Shown piece by piece: positions 13,535 to 24,809 of a DNA stretch of 64,000 nt; the first letter of the stretch is position 1, and the number at the start of each line of letters is the position of its first letter. The stretch lies in contig NW_003314304.1 in assembly GCF_000143415.4 (NCBI RefSeq), positions 635,587 to 699,586 of the forward strand, read 5' to 3'. Source of the stretch: Selaginella moellendorffii. Lineage: Eukaryota > Plantae > Lycopodiophyta. Under the pieces are notes generated by a model. It ran no database searches. It was not told the origin of the DNA and was given only the letters and a program-made list of their open reading frames with translations. Made by a program: the position numbers and the translations under genes.

Positions 13535-14257
13535 ATGGGACGTAGCAAATAATTAATTGTAGAACTCCCAAGGGTAATGAAAGTGGAGAGGATTTTATTC
13601 TCTTCCAACACCAACAATCTCGAGTGTGAAGTATTTGGGAAAGAGGAGCAAGATGGAGAGTGGAAGTTTTTGGGTAAGACAGGTCGAGAAGCAAGATTCA
13701 AGCTCACTAAGCTGAGATTCATCCTTGTCAAACCTCTCTCTGGATTTGAGGTATCTACAATTGTGAGTTTCTATGGCAAGGACGATGCCCAAAAGCCCGT
13801 GGAGGAGTTGGAGTTGAAATACATCAATCCTCAACATGTGGACTATCAAAAACCTTTTAAAGTCGGCCAGCTTTCTAAGGACACTCTTGTCACGAAAGCA
13901 ATTGTTCGATCCAATCTTCGGTACTACAAGTTCCGGTTGTGGGGCAACATAGAGTATCCCTGCCAGTGGTGGTTTCCAATGGGACACTATGACCAGGACA
14001 AGCCCAACCCTAAATCGCGAGAGTTGACCATCAGATACTTTGATGTGAAGAACGAAGGGAAGTTAACGCTAGCGCCTCAATGCAAGTTGAAAGTTTTTGA
14101 GAGGACTTCCACTCGTCACTCAGAGTGCGAGGAATTTGATCTACACAATCTTCCACAAAAGAAGCAGCCAAGCATTCGACAAAAGAAGCTGCCAAGCAGA
14201 TGGGATTTTGTTAAAAAGCTACTATACTTTGCTTTAAAGGTTTTTCGAAGGAATTAA
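13535..14257 (+). CDS. Paralogue of the 1627-2352 orphan ORF (TAA at codon 6; open from ATG 13577)
   Basis: MGRSK*LIVELPRVMKVE versus MGHSKELVVELPRVMKVE. The remainder is near-identical except the C-terminus. Confidence 0.5.
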
Positions 14258-14586
14258 AAACGTTTATAGACTTAAATCTATCTTAAATAAAATAAAATCT
14301 TTGTCTCTTCTCTTTGTCTGATTTAGAGTAGGAAGTTTTCATGCGACAGATCAGATAAGGATATGTGTCTGCTACATTGAATTCTCACCACAAAATTTTA
14401 ACCACAATACGGCCACCTCTTGGACTGTATGGTTCCTATTGCCAATCATACGATTATTAGTGAAAGACAAGACGTAGAGGAAAGAACAATGTCCAGTTCA
14501 GCCCATAAGTGCTGGTATTTTAAACGATCCATCAAAACTTCCTCTTTGAAAAGTTTCTTCTTTGTTTCTTGGTCTAATCATCATCC

Positions 14587-16072
14587 ATGGGCTCTCACAA
14601 GAAACTTCACGTTATTCTTATCCCACTTCCAGCACAGGGACATGTCATTCCAATAATCTATCTCGCCCGCAAGCTCGCGCTCCTCGGAGTCACTGTGACC
14701 ATCATCAACGTTGACAGCATCCACGAAACCTTGCAGCAATCCTGGAAGAGCGAGGACAATCCTGTGAGTAATGGCCACGACATTCGCCTCGAGTCCATCT
14801 CTATGGACATGCGAGTTCCCAATGGCTTCGACGAGAAGAACTTCGACGCGCAGGCCGCCTTCTCCCAGGCCATCTTCCGAATGGAGGATCCACTCGCGGA
14901 GCTCTTGTCCAAGATCGATCGAGACGGCCCCCGAGTCGCGTGTGTAGTCTCGGACTTTTACCATCTCAGTGCTCCACACGCTGCAAAGAAGGCTGGATTG
15001 GCTGGAGCGAGCTTTTGGCCGGGAAACGCTGCTTGGGCTGCCATCGAATTCCACGTTCCAAAGCTCCTGGAGATGGGAGACGTTCCTGTCAAAGGTGAAG
15101 CTTTGATTGATCTAGAAGTGTGTTCTAAGAAAACTTGGGATTTCTATGGTGCCAGCGGGAGATGAAAAGCTGATTTCTTACATCCCTGGAATGGAGCTAA
15201 GATCGCAAGACATTCCACTCTTCATGCACGACGGAGAATTCCAGAAAGTCGGGGAAGAACAATCACTGTATCGCTCCAAGAGGATCACACTGGATTCTTG
15301 GTTTCTGATAAACTCTGTCCACGACATCGAGCCGCGAATTTTCGAAGCGATGAGGGAAGGATTCGGGGAGAATTTCGTGCCGGTTGGACCATTGTTTCCT
15401 CTCAAGGGAGAGGCGATCGATTCGACTGGATTGCAAGAGGTAAACCTGAGAACTCCGGATGAATCTTGTCTTCCATGGCTAGACAAGCGTGATCGTGGTT
15501 CGGTCCTCTATGTTTCGTTTGGAAGCATCTCCTTCATGACTGCCAAGCAATTCGAGGAGATCGCGCTGGGATTGGAGGCAAGCAAGGTTTCTTTCCTCTG
15601 GGTGATACGATCAAACTCTGTTCTTGGCATGGACGAGGAGTTCTACAAAGGTTTCGTGAGCAGGACTGGCGGGAGAGGATTGTTCGTGAGATGGGCGCCG
15701 CAGCTAGAGATCTTGCAGCACGAAGCAACAGGGGCTTTTCTCACTCACTGCGGATGGAACTCCATGCTTGAGAGCTTGGCGTGTGGAGTGCCAATGCTGG
15801 GGTGGCCATCTATGTTTGAGCAAAACACGAATGCCAAGCTGGTGCTGGAAGGCGAGGGCGTGGGAGTGGCATTCTCGAGATCTGGAGGGAAGGATGGATT
15901 TGCGCCGAGAGAAGAGGTGGAAGAGAAAGTGAGGGCGATCATGGAGGGAGAGCAAGGCAGGAGATTGAAAGCCAGGGCGATGGAGATTCGAGAATTGGCT
16001 GTCAAGGCCGCTTCTCCCGGAGGTTCTTCTCACACGAACCTCAAGAAATTCGTGGAGAGCCTTGCCTCGTAA
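14587..16072 (+). CDS. Family-1 UDP-glycosyltransferase (2 exons; intron 15095-15155)
   Basis: Catalytic His in AQGHV and a complete PSPG box (WAPQLEILQHEATGAFLTHCGWNSMLESLACGVPMLGWPSMFEQ). A 61-nt GT-AG intron joins the two frames. Confidence 0.95.
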
Positions 16073-16136
16073 AGAAGATCTATTCATTCAATGAAGTTTA
16101 AGATTCGGCTAGTTCTAGGCTAGAAATGCCCCACCA

Positions 16137-18410
16137 ATGTTTGGGGTGGCAAGAAAGGAGCAGGATGATTTGGCGGCACTGCTCAATGCTTGCGCTCAGT
16201 CGCGAGACTTGATCAAGGGCCGGCGAATCCACTCGCAAATTCTCCACAGCAACCACGCCACCAACACATACCTCCTCAACATGACCACCAAAATGTATGC
16301 CGTGTGTGGCAGCATCGAAGAGGCGCGCAAGATCTTCGACTCCATCCAATCCCCCAATCTCTTCTCCTGGACGATCATGCTCGCTGCTTATGCCCAGAAT
16401 GGGGATCTCGCTCGGGCAATTGATTTCTTCGCGGGGATGCCGCTCAAAAACGCTGTTGCGGCAACGATCATGATCGTCGCCTATGGCCAAGAGGGCGACG
16501 TGGATTCCGCTAAGCTGGTTTTTGATCGTGCCTTGCCCAAGAATCTCGTCTGCTGGAACGCGATGCTCACAGCATATGCCCAGAACGGGCAGTTTCAGGA
16601 ATCGAAGCTTCTCTTTGATACCATGCCCGAGAGAGATGTGATCTCTTGGACCGCAATGTTACAAGCGTATGCCCAAAACGATAGTTTGATAGATGCCGAG
16701 AATGTTTTCGCAAGAATGCCCAGATGGAATGTAGTTACGTGGACTGCTATGATTCACGCAAATGCTCAAGCCGGGCATCTGGAAAAAGCGAGAGAGATCT
16801 TCGACACGATGCTAGAGAAGAATCTAGTGTCGTGGAACACTCTCATTGCGGGATTTGCTCACAATGGATCGATCGAGGAGGCGGAGAAGCTCTTTCTGGA
16901 GATGCCCGAGCGGGATCTCGTGTCTGTGAATGCTCTGATCTCCGCTCACAGCGAGCTTGGGAACGTTGATCGAGCGCAAGCTATCTTCGATTCCACTCCC
17001 CTGGTGAGCACCGCGCTCTGGAACACGATCCTGGTGGCCTACGGCGACAATGATCGCATCGACAAGGCGAAGGCCATCTTCGATCGTGAGATGAAGCAGC
17101 GGGATCTCGTGTCGTGGAACTCGATGATCTCAGCATTCTCGCTGAGCGGCGATCACGACGAAGCCCAACGGCTGTTCGATGCGATGCCCGAGCGAGACGT
17201 GGTGTCTTGCAACTCGATCCTCGCGATCTACACGCAGCAGGGGGATCTGGATCGAGCGCAGCACCTGTTCGATTCAATGCCGCGCCACGACGCGATCTCC
17301 TGGAACGCCATGATCGCGGGGCTCTCGCAGCACGGTGGGAATCTCTCCCGTGCGGAGAAACTCTTCGGTGAGATCCCCCAGCGCGACGTTGTCACCTGGA
17401 ACGCGATGATCACGGGCTACGCCCAGCACGGCCGGCTAGAACACGCCAAGAAAATATTCGACGCCATTCCACGCTGGAGCCTCGTCAGCTTCAACGCCAT
17501 GGTGGCAGCATATGCCCAGAACGGGCATCTGGAAGATGCTAAGAGCATCTACGACCAGATGCCCCGCCACAGCGCCGCCTCCGCCAACGCCCTCATCGCC
17601 GCTTACGCCCAGCAGGGCTATCTCTCCAGTGCCGAGTCGCTCTACGCCACGCTGGGTGGTAATGGGGGTAGAGGCGGCGGAGGTAGCGGAGAAGATAGCG
17701 GAGCTGCAGCGGAAGCGGAGGAATCCACCACTGTATCCCAGACCGTAATGGTGTCGGGCTACGGTAGCAACCACTGCCTGGCGGAGGCCAAGCTGGCGTT
17801 CGATCGCATCCGTCGAAAGAGCCACGTGTCCTGGAACGCGGTGGTGGTGGCATATGCCCAGAACGGGCATATCCGCGAGGCGAGAGATCTCTTCGAGAGG
17901 ATGCCCCAGCGCAGCGTTCTCTCCTGGAATGCCCTAGTCACCGCCTACGCCCACTCGGGCCACCGCCGCGAGGCCGTGATCGCATTCCAGGCGATGGAGC
18001 TGGAGGGATTCAAGCCAGACGAGGCCGGATTGATGAGCGTCATCACCGCGTGTGGCCACATTGGATTGCTCAGCTATGGATGCCGCTACTTCTCGCGGAT
18101 GGAGAGCGATCGCGGTGTGGCGCCTCTGCGCGAGCACTACTGCCGGATGATCGATGTGCTGGGGAAAATTGGGCTGCTGGCGGAGGCGGAGGAGCTGATC
18201 GAGAGCATGCCTTACGAGCCCAATCTTGTGGAGCTCGTGAGCTTGCTGGGCGCTTGCGATGTGCACAGGGATCGGGAGCGTGGCGCGAGGGTGGCGGAGC
18301 GCGTGGCGGGGATCGATCCTAGCAGCGCCGCGCCGTATTTGATCCTCGCGAATCTTTCCAGCGAGAGGAAGAAGAAGAGACTAGCAAGAACCCTAAAAAA
18401 TTTTGGGTAA
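16137..18410 (+). CDS. PLS-class PPR protein with E domain, no DYW
   Basis: Intronless 757-aa ORF with many ~31-aa repeats and a HYCRMIDVLGKIG..AEELIESMPYEP C-terminal region. Confidence 0.93.
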   Translation: MFGVARKEQDDLAALLNACAQSRDLIKGRRIHSQILHSNHATNTYLLNMTTKMYAVCGSIEEARKIFDSIQSPNLFSWTIMLAAYAQNGDLARAIDFFAGMPLKNAVAATIMIVAYGQEGDVDSAKLVFDRALPKNLVCWNAMLTAYAQNGQFQESKLLFDTMPERDVISWTAMLQAYAQNDSLIDAENVFARMPRWNVVTWTAMIHANAQAGHLEKAREIFDTMLEKNLVSWNTLIAGFAHNGSIEEAEKLFLEMPERDLVSVNALISAHSELGNVDRAQAIFDSTPLVSTALWNTILVAYGDNDRIDKAKAIFDREMKQRDLVSWNSMISAFSLSGDHDEAQRLFDAMPERDVVSCNSILAIYTQQGDLDRAQHLFDSMPRHDAISWNAMIAGLSQHGGNLSRAEKLFGEIPQRDVVTWNAMITGYAQHGRLEHAKKIFDAIPRWSLVSFNAMVAAYAQNGHLEDAKSIYDQMPRHSAASANALIAAYAQQGYLSSAESLYATLGGNGGRGGGGSGEDSGAAAEAEESTTVSQTVMVSGYGSNHCLAEAKLAFDRIRRKSHVSWNAVVVAYAQNGHIREARDLFERMPQRSVLSWNALVTAYAHSGHRREAVIAFQAMELEGFKPDEAGLMSVITACGHIGLLSYGCRYFSRMESDRGVAPLREHYCRMIDVLGKIGLLAEAEELIESMPYEPNLVELVSLLGACDVHRDRERGARVAERVAGIDPSSAAPYLILANLSSERKKKRLARTLKNFG

Positions 18411-18436
18411 CGCAGCCTTTCTTTGTGGAAGAAAGA

Positions 18437-19455
18437 ATGGCTACTTTCTGCAAGGCCATCAAGGCGAAGGAGAATCTACACACTTGCGTAAGCGATTTAC
18501 ATCTCTCGCTACAGTTCTGGATCGATTGATCTCTCGGAGTTGATTGATCAAACAGGTGGTTCCGGAAGGGTTTCTCGATGGAGATGGCGTGGTGCCCGCG
18601 AATTTGACGCTCGCCAATTCCAGCGGATCGTCGTGGAGCGTGGCGATCCGCGAGGACTCGGGCGATTTCCTGCTGGACAAGGGATGGAGATCTTTTTGCC
18701 TGGACAACGAGCTATCCTTGGACGATGTTGTGCTGATGAAGCGCATCCAGCCGTCCAATGTTCTGGTGACCATCTACGGCGGAGATGGATGCGAGAGAAA
18801 GAAGTCCCAGTCCTGTGACATTGCCAAGGCAAACAATCCTTTTGGAAGCGAAGTTAACAGTGGCAATAATTGTAAGCAGGAAACCAGGGATAGAATCACT
18901 GCTGATGACTATCACGAGATAATTGATAATGGCAACATCCTCAAGAGAAGCATGGATCATCCAGAAGTTCCTCTCAAGAAGCGAGCAAAGACGACAGTGG
19001 GCAGCGAGAAATCCACAGCCAAGAAGCTCATCAAGGTGACCCTCAGCTGCTCCAGCCGCACCGTTTCCTCCGAATCGGCAATCGCAGCAGCCTCTAAATT
19101 CGAGTGCTCCAATCCGAGCGTTCTCTTGGCGACCACAAAGAGTACACTCGATCCAACTTACTACCTGGTTAGCGTTGTTCTTCCGCCACGCCATCTCTTG
19201 CTCTTAAGAAACTTTGTTGTGATCTTGCAGATTGTGCACAAGCAATTCTCGGAGGCTTTCATGCCCAAGGTCGATACCGCTGTGATGCTCGTGAATTCCA
19301 GGGACGAGAGGTTCCCGGCGCGGTGGCTGGCTGCCAGGCACGTCGTGAGCGGTGGATGGAGAGGCTTTGCAAGGGCTGAGAAGATTAAAGTCGGGGATGC
19401 GCTTGTTCTTGAGGTGGTGGACGAATCCACTTTTAAGATCCACGTTTTCGAGTAG
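18437..19455 (+). CDS. Two-B3-domain REM-like protein (introns 18488-18555 and ~19168-19230)
   Basis: Exon 1 MATFCKAIKAKENLHTC splices in phase to VVPEGF. B3 motifs are GWRSFCLDNELSLDD and GGWRGFARAEKIKVGDALVLE. Confidence 0.85.
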
Positions 19456-20245
19456 ATCCACGAAAAAATCATTTGATTCTCATTATTATAATACAAAGGA
19501 ACAAATATACTATTATATTTGGAAAAAAGTTGCGATTTTCTTCTTTTTTTTTTGTTTTTCTTAAAGGCGACAACCAATGTGATGTTTCACATGCCAAGTG
19601 AAGTCCGTGTCTCATGTAATGCGGGACACACAAAACTTTCAACTTGGACAAGCGAACAAGGGGAAGGCTGTTGCCTTGACACAACACTTTTGGAGTGAGA
19701 TCATGGAATGGAACTGTTATTATTATATGACCCCGGGTGTCACTCTATCAAAGATTATATAGTTCTTCGTGATAGCGATCTTTTCCATAGTGCCAAAGGT
19801 CCTGGTGTTTTGGAAGTGGACGATCCACACACATTGGTTTCCAGCATCGCCAAAAGAAACCGGCTCCATTAAAACTCTCAACGTCACAAAGCGCAATCTC
19901 TTGCACCATATAGTCTCGTATATTGATTTTTTTCGAAAGATTGGGCCTCTCCCATCATATATAAAGAGAAGAAAAAGAGATTTATCTGGTTATGTCGTCC
20001 TGTGTATGATCGAGTTGTGTTATTTAGCTAGAAAGTATGAGATGAGCCTCGTAAGAAGAAAAAAGAAAAACTTTCTGGTGTATTTGTTGCTGTAAAGTTC
20101 TCTCATCGGTCAAGTTGTGTTGGTGCTTTCGATTGATTGATTGATTGAAAGGACTCAAACCCCGTTGTTGCTGTGATCTTTCTTGTTTTGCTGTGTTGTG
20201 GTGTTGGTAAATTTTCTTCTTTTCGCTGTTTTGTTGCTGTTCTTC

Positions 20246-23162
20246 CTACCATATGTGTTGCGGGATTCTGTGACTTAGTGCTGTGGGGGAGAGCCAGGAC
20301 TGTAAATCCCTGTTTTGTAAGATTTTGTATACTTGGCTGCCTATGTGTTGTCGGCAGATTGGACATTCATCCTTTGATCCTTTGATAACCTGGAGAAAAT
20401 GAAGAGAACGATGAGCAAAGCTTAAAGTCGAGAGAGAAAAGAGAGATTTTTACCTTCAGGATACACTGCACGCAAAAGGTATGGCTGCAGTCCAGTTTGG
20501 ATGGCTCTACGCAGTGCTCTGGACGAAGAACAGGAAGAAACGAAGTAAGCTTGGATTTTTACAACAATTCGTGAGAGTGGGACTTACTGAGACAAATGCA
20601 GCAAATGATGTCGTTGGGCGGCGGTGCGAGGTTGAAAACTTCGTTGAGATCCAGCCCCATCATCTTCTCTTCGATTGACAGAGATGGAGGTTGATCGTGG
20701 TGTTCTTCCGGTATGTGCGAGTTGGAAGAGTTCTCGCTGTGATGTGGGCTGGCGAATGGACTCTCGGGTAGGTTGTGTCCATTCCCATCGGCGCTGCTAG
20801 AAGTTTCCAAAGTGAGTAATCAAGTTCTATCATATGACTGTGACTTACGTCACAAGATCTTCGTCGTATTTGAGCGTAGCATCATCGGGAAGTGGATGAA
20901 GAGCTTCACTCTCATCGCCACCTTCACCCTCCAGCACGTCCATGACGAATCCGAAGGGATTGCTCGACTGGAACTGCTGCATATCTGCTCGATCATTTCG
21001 AAAACTTAGCGCCAGAGAAGATCCAAACAAAAAAAATCCAACCTTCTAGTGTTAGCACGGCTTCGTTCATCCCATTCCCATGGCTGCTGCTACTGCTACT
21101 GCCACTGTTGTTGTGCTCCATGATTCGTGGAGTTCCAGGAACCTCGGGGGAGTCCAAGCTAACGTGAACTCCATTGAGGTTGGTCGTGGAAGCAGTGCTG
21201 TTTAGCTTCCTCTCTTGCTCGTCGAGCAGTAGTAACTTTGCGGTTGTCACAGCCTCCGCAGCCTCTACCTCGGCAGCACGGGCTCGGAGCGAATGGAAAT
21301 CCATGACTCGTCTTCGTTCTAACTCCAGGTATCGCTCCTCCTCGAATCGCCTCGCAAGAACATCGTAGAAGCTCGGATCTGGAGCACACAGCCTTTGGTA
21401 AACTCGATCGATCTCAAAGAACATGTATTACCTTGCATGAAGTCTTTGCCACCCAAGCCGCGAAGCTGCAAGCGTAGCGGATCGATCTTCTCGGCTTGCT
21501 TTCTGGTAGAAATTTTGCTACGTCAGAACGAGGAACGTAGAAAAAGAGAGAGAGAGAGCTCTCTTACCTTTCACCGAGCTTAGCTTTCTCGCGATATGGC
21601 TTGACGAGAACACGAGCACCGCAGATATAGTGAGGATTCCCTTCGGACAGTATCGCCTTGACAGTCTCGGGATAGATGAAGGTGACGAATCCAAACATTC
21701 GCTTCTGCTGGTATGGAATTCGAACATCCTGGACTGGACCATAAGATCTACACAAAAACTTCGTTTTGAGAGCAAGAAAAGAAAGAAAAAAACTAGAATT
21801 GATCTACCTGAAGTGTGCTGAAACATCGTCCTCCGTGAAGGTGCTCTCCGCCGGGAAAGTGAGATAGATTTGCCTAGAGCTGGGATTCACGTCCTTGAGA
21901 TCGTCGCGATCGGCTCTATACCCCACGAATCTCTGCGCATCTTCCGCAAGAACTACTGCATGCTGGCCGTGGGGTCTTCGCAGGAAAAGAAAAAAGAAAC
22001 CAACCATTTACTTAGTTACCACCAAAAGAATCCCAGGAACAATGGAGAAATCCCAGCAACCAACGAGAAAACAATGGGAAGAGAAGAGAACCAAACCAGC
22101 AGACAAGATCAAAGATCGAAGAACAATGCAAGGGTGGATCCAGATCGAGCAGAAAAAAATGGATTTTTGACGTGTTTACCTGTCGATGAGAGCTACGCTC
22201 CCTTTGAGCCGCGCGAGGAGCTTGGTGAGGCTACATCCAGCTTTGCCATGGCGCTGGCTCTCGGTGAGATAGCCCTGTGCTTGCAGCGCCCTCCCAAACT
22301 TCTCGAAGTAGAGCTGGGGCAGCGACGCGATCGACACTGGCGTCCTCCGCCCTCGCAGCAGCTCCTGGAGCTCCATCTCCAGTCGCTCGAGAGATCCCGA
22401 CGATGGACTGCTGGGCGAGGAGGAATTCGGCGAGCATCCCAGCAAATCGTCAAAAGATGGAGCTGGCGAAGAACACTGGCTACAGCCGCCGGGAGAGGGG
22501 ATGGATCCGTTGCTGCCATTGCCGGGGACGGTCGCGCTAGATCCGGTGCCATGGAGAAACCGGCAGCTAGTCCCGCGCTTGCAGTGGCCTTTGGAGTAGT
22601 AGAGGCAGGGCTTGCAAGTGAGCGCCATCGCCAGATCGTGCGAGGAGGGATAGTGCGAGGCTGGAAACTGGAGCTGCTGCAAATGCCTCCTCTGGGCATC
22701 TGCTGCTGGCGAGGAAGAGGTGGAGAATCGCGACGTGTTCTTGAGGAGGGGATCTTGGTGGAGCTGGAACTGGTGGTTGTGATTCAGGAGCCATTGGTCG
22801 GTGGCGAATTCGTCGGGGCTGGGGCTGGGCTGGAAGAGATTGCTGGGAGACGAGGATACTGTGCCTCCCTCTGGGATGAAGAGGAGACTTGGGCGATTGA
22901 TTCTCTGCTGGTGGTGGTGTTGTCGGTGGTGATGGTGTTGATCTGAGAGGCCGGGATGGGGATTCGCGGCGAATAGCCCAAGCTCTCTTCTTGCTTTCGC
23001 TATGGCGGATTGGAGGAGAGCGTCGGAGCCCAGAGCCAGCCTCGCCATTTCTTGCTCGCTCCTGTCCTGGAGTAGCATCAAGCCGATGATCTTGGAGACG
23101 TTCTCTGGATCCTGGGCTTGGACACGCGCGAAGACGAGCTGGGTGGCTTCGTAGGCGTCCAT
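20246..23162 (-). CDS. CCCH zinc finger + OST-HTH/LOTUS + RRM protein with C-terminal C3HC4 RING (about 9 exons)
   Basis: [15 protein letters not shown] start, CCCH ([19 protein letters not shown]), LOTUS-like ([18 protein letters not shown]) and RRM (RMFGFVTF). The last exons (to 20588, 20518-20454, 20389-20246) splice into a RING finger. Confidence 0.88.
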
Positions 23163-24629
23163 AGCTCGAGAGCTTCCCCTTTGCTTGCGAGCGATCTAGA
23201 GATAGAGAGGAGGAATTGCGATTGCGAGAGGAGGCATTGCTTTGCGAGGCAAGATTAGTGGCCCAGGAGCTTGAAACAGAGATGGATCGGGAAGATTCGC
23301 GCGACCCAAGTCGAGATTCGCTCCACTCTCAAGTGGGTTCTGCGCGATTCTTCGTCCGCCGGCGACCACGATCCCATTCCATTGCCCTCTCTTCTAGAAT
23401 CTCCCCACTACTCTGGTGGATCGATTTGCTCGGCCGGAGAAGTAGGGGATTCGGCGGCTCGCGCGGCCGGGGGCGATGATGGAGCGGCGATGGACGTCAT
23501 TGGCAATCAATCCAGCGCGCGCGCGAGCGAAAGAATCTAGCGAGGCTGGTCGATAGGGCGCCGCAGCCGATCAATGAGGAGAGAAGAGAGAAGAGAGAAG
23601 AAGAGAGAGAGAGAGAACTAAACTATTAGGAGGAACAAAATGCCCAGAAAGGGCAAATTGCAAGGGCCTAAGGGGCTCCAATCATTTGGTGTTATTAAAT
23701 TAGGGCAAGACGCGCACTGGTACGTCACGGTACATGCCCCACCAACTTTTGTATGGAAATGTGTGTAGGCATCTTCAGTTCCTAGCGTAGATTTCTAGGG
23801 TTTCTACCCGGAGGGCGAATTTTGTTTGCTGTTGGCTGGATCTTTTTGTTCAAAGTAAAGTGAAATGAGTGAGTGGCATGGTTTGGTGATCCGGAGGATC
23901 TACGGCGCGTACGTGTGGCTTACGCTAAAGCACGCATTTAATCACGAGTCTAACCACCGCCACCTTTTCTTATCCTCGCACTGACTTGAAACAAAAACTT
24001 CAGTTGAAGATTTGGTAGGCTCTTGGCCGCACGCATTTAATAGTATGGTGTTTGTAACATCAACAGCGGCAGCAGAGTTCTCGCTTCCTCTCCAGAAAAT
24101 ACAAAAAAAAAATTATAGAAAAAACGAAAAGAAAAGAAATTAAAAAATATCTAAAGGCAAAAAAAGACGGAGGAATGCCATGTTTCCTATCATACTTTGG
24201 GCGGGTGTTGTACTATAGACAAAAGCAGTCAATAAATTCCTGGCATTCAATTGTTTGCATGACTGTGTTGTATGATTCCATGGGAGCTAAGGTATAATAT
24301 TACACCCTAAAAGAAAGAAAGCCACTCTCTTTCCTCTCTCCTCTCTCCTCTGTGGTGTTTGCTTGTCTTTGTGGGTCCTCAAAAGAGGCAGGCCTGACTC
24401 GTGAGTGTGTGGGGCTGGCATAAATGACCGCGCATGGAGTGAGAATCTCAGCAGAAAGCGACCCATCAACGCTCGCTCCCCAGAAACCCTAATTCCCCGC
24501 ATTGTCGCCCAGTTGTTTAGGGTTCTTGGGCGTGAGAGAGACTGGGTCAAGATTGAGTGTGAGGCAGGCAAGGAAAAGAAGAAAACAATCACCATTGCTA
24601 GAAGCCCTAAACAACAGACAGTTGGCAAC

Positions 24630-24677
24630 CAACGGCCAGGATTTGTTTAAACGATAGCATTCAACGGCCAGGATTTG
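24630..24677 (+). promoter_or_regulatory. Two identical 16-mers with MSA-like AACGG cores
   Basis: caacggccaggatttg at 24630-24645 and 24662-24677. Confidence 0.35.
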
Positions 24678-24809
24678 CGCAAACGAATTCTTTCTTTCCA
24701 TTGTGTGTATCTACAGCTTGAGTTGCAAACGTACTTATTTACAGCGAGTTTTCTTCTTCAGTGTTCTTCGTGCTCCGATCGATTCATCGCAAGGGTGGAT
24801 GATTTCATT

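Noticed and set aside
21870-22946. 358-aa plus-strand ORF
   Set aside because: Antisense shadow of the GC-rich CCCH exon 1, with no motifs.
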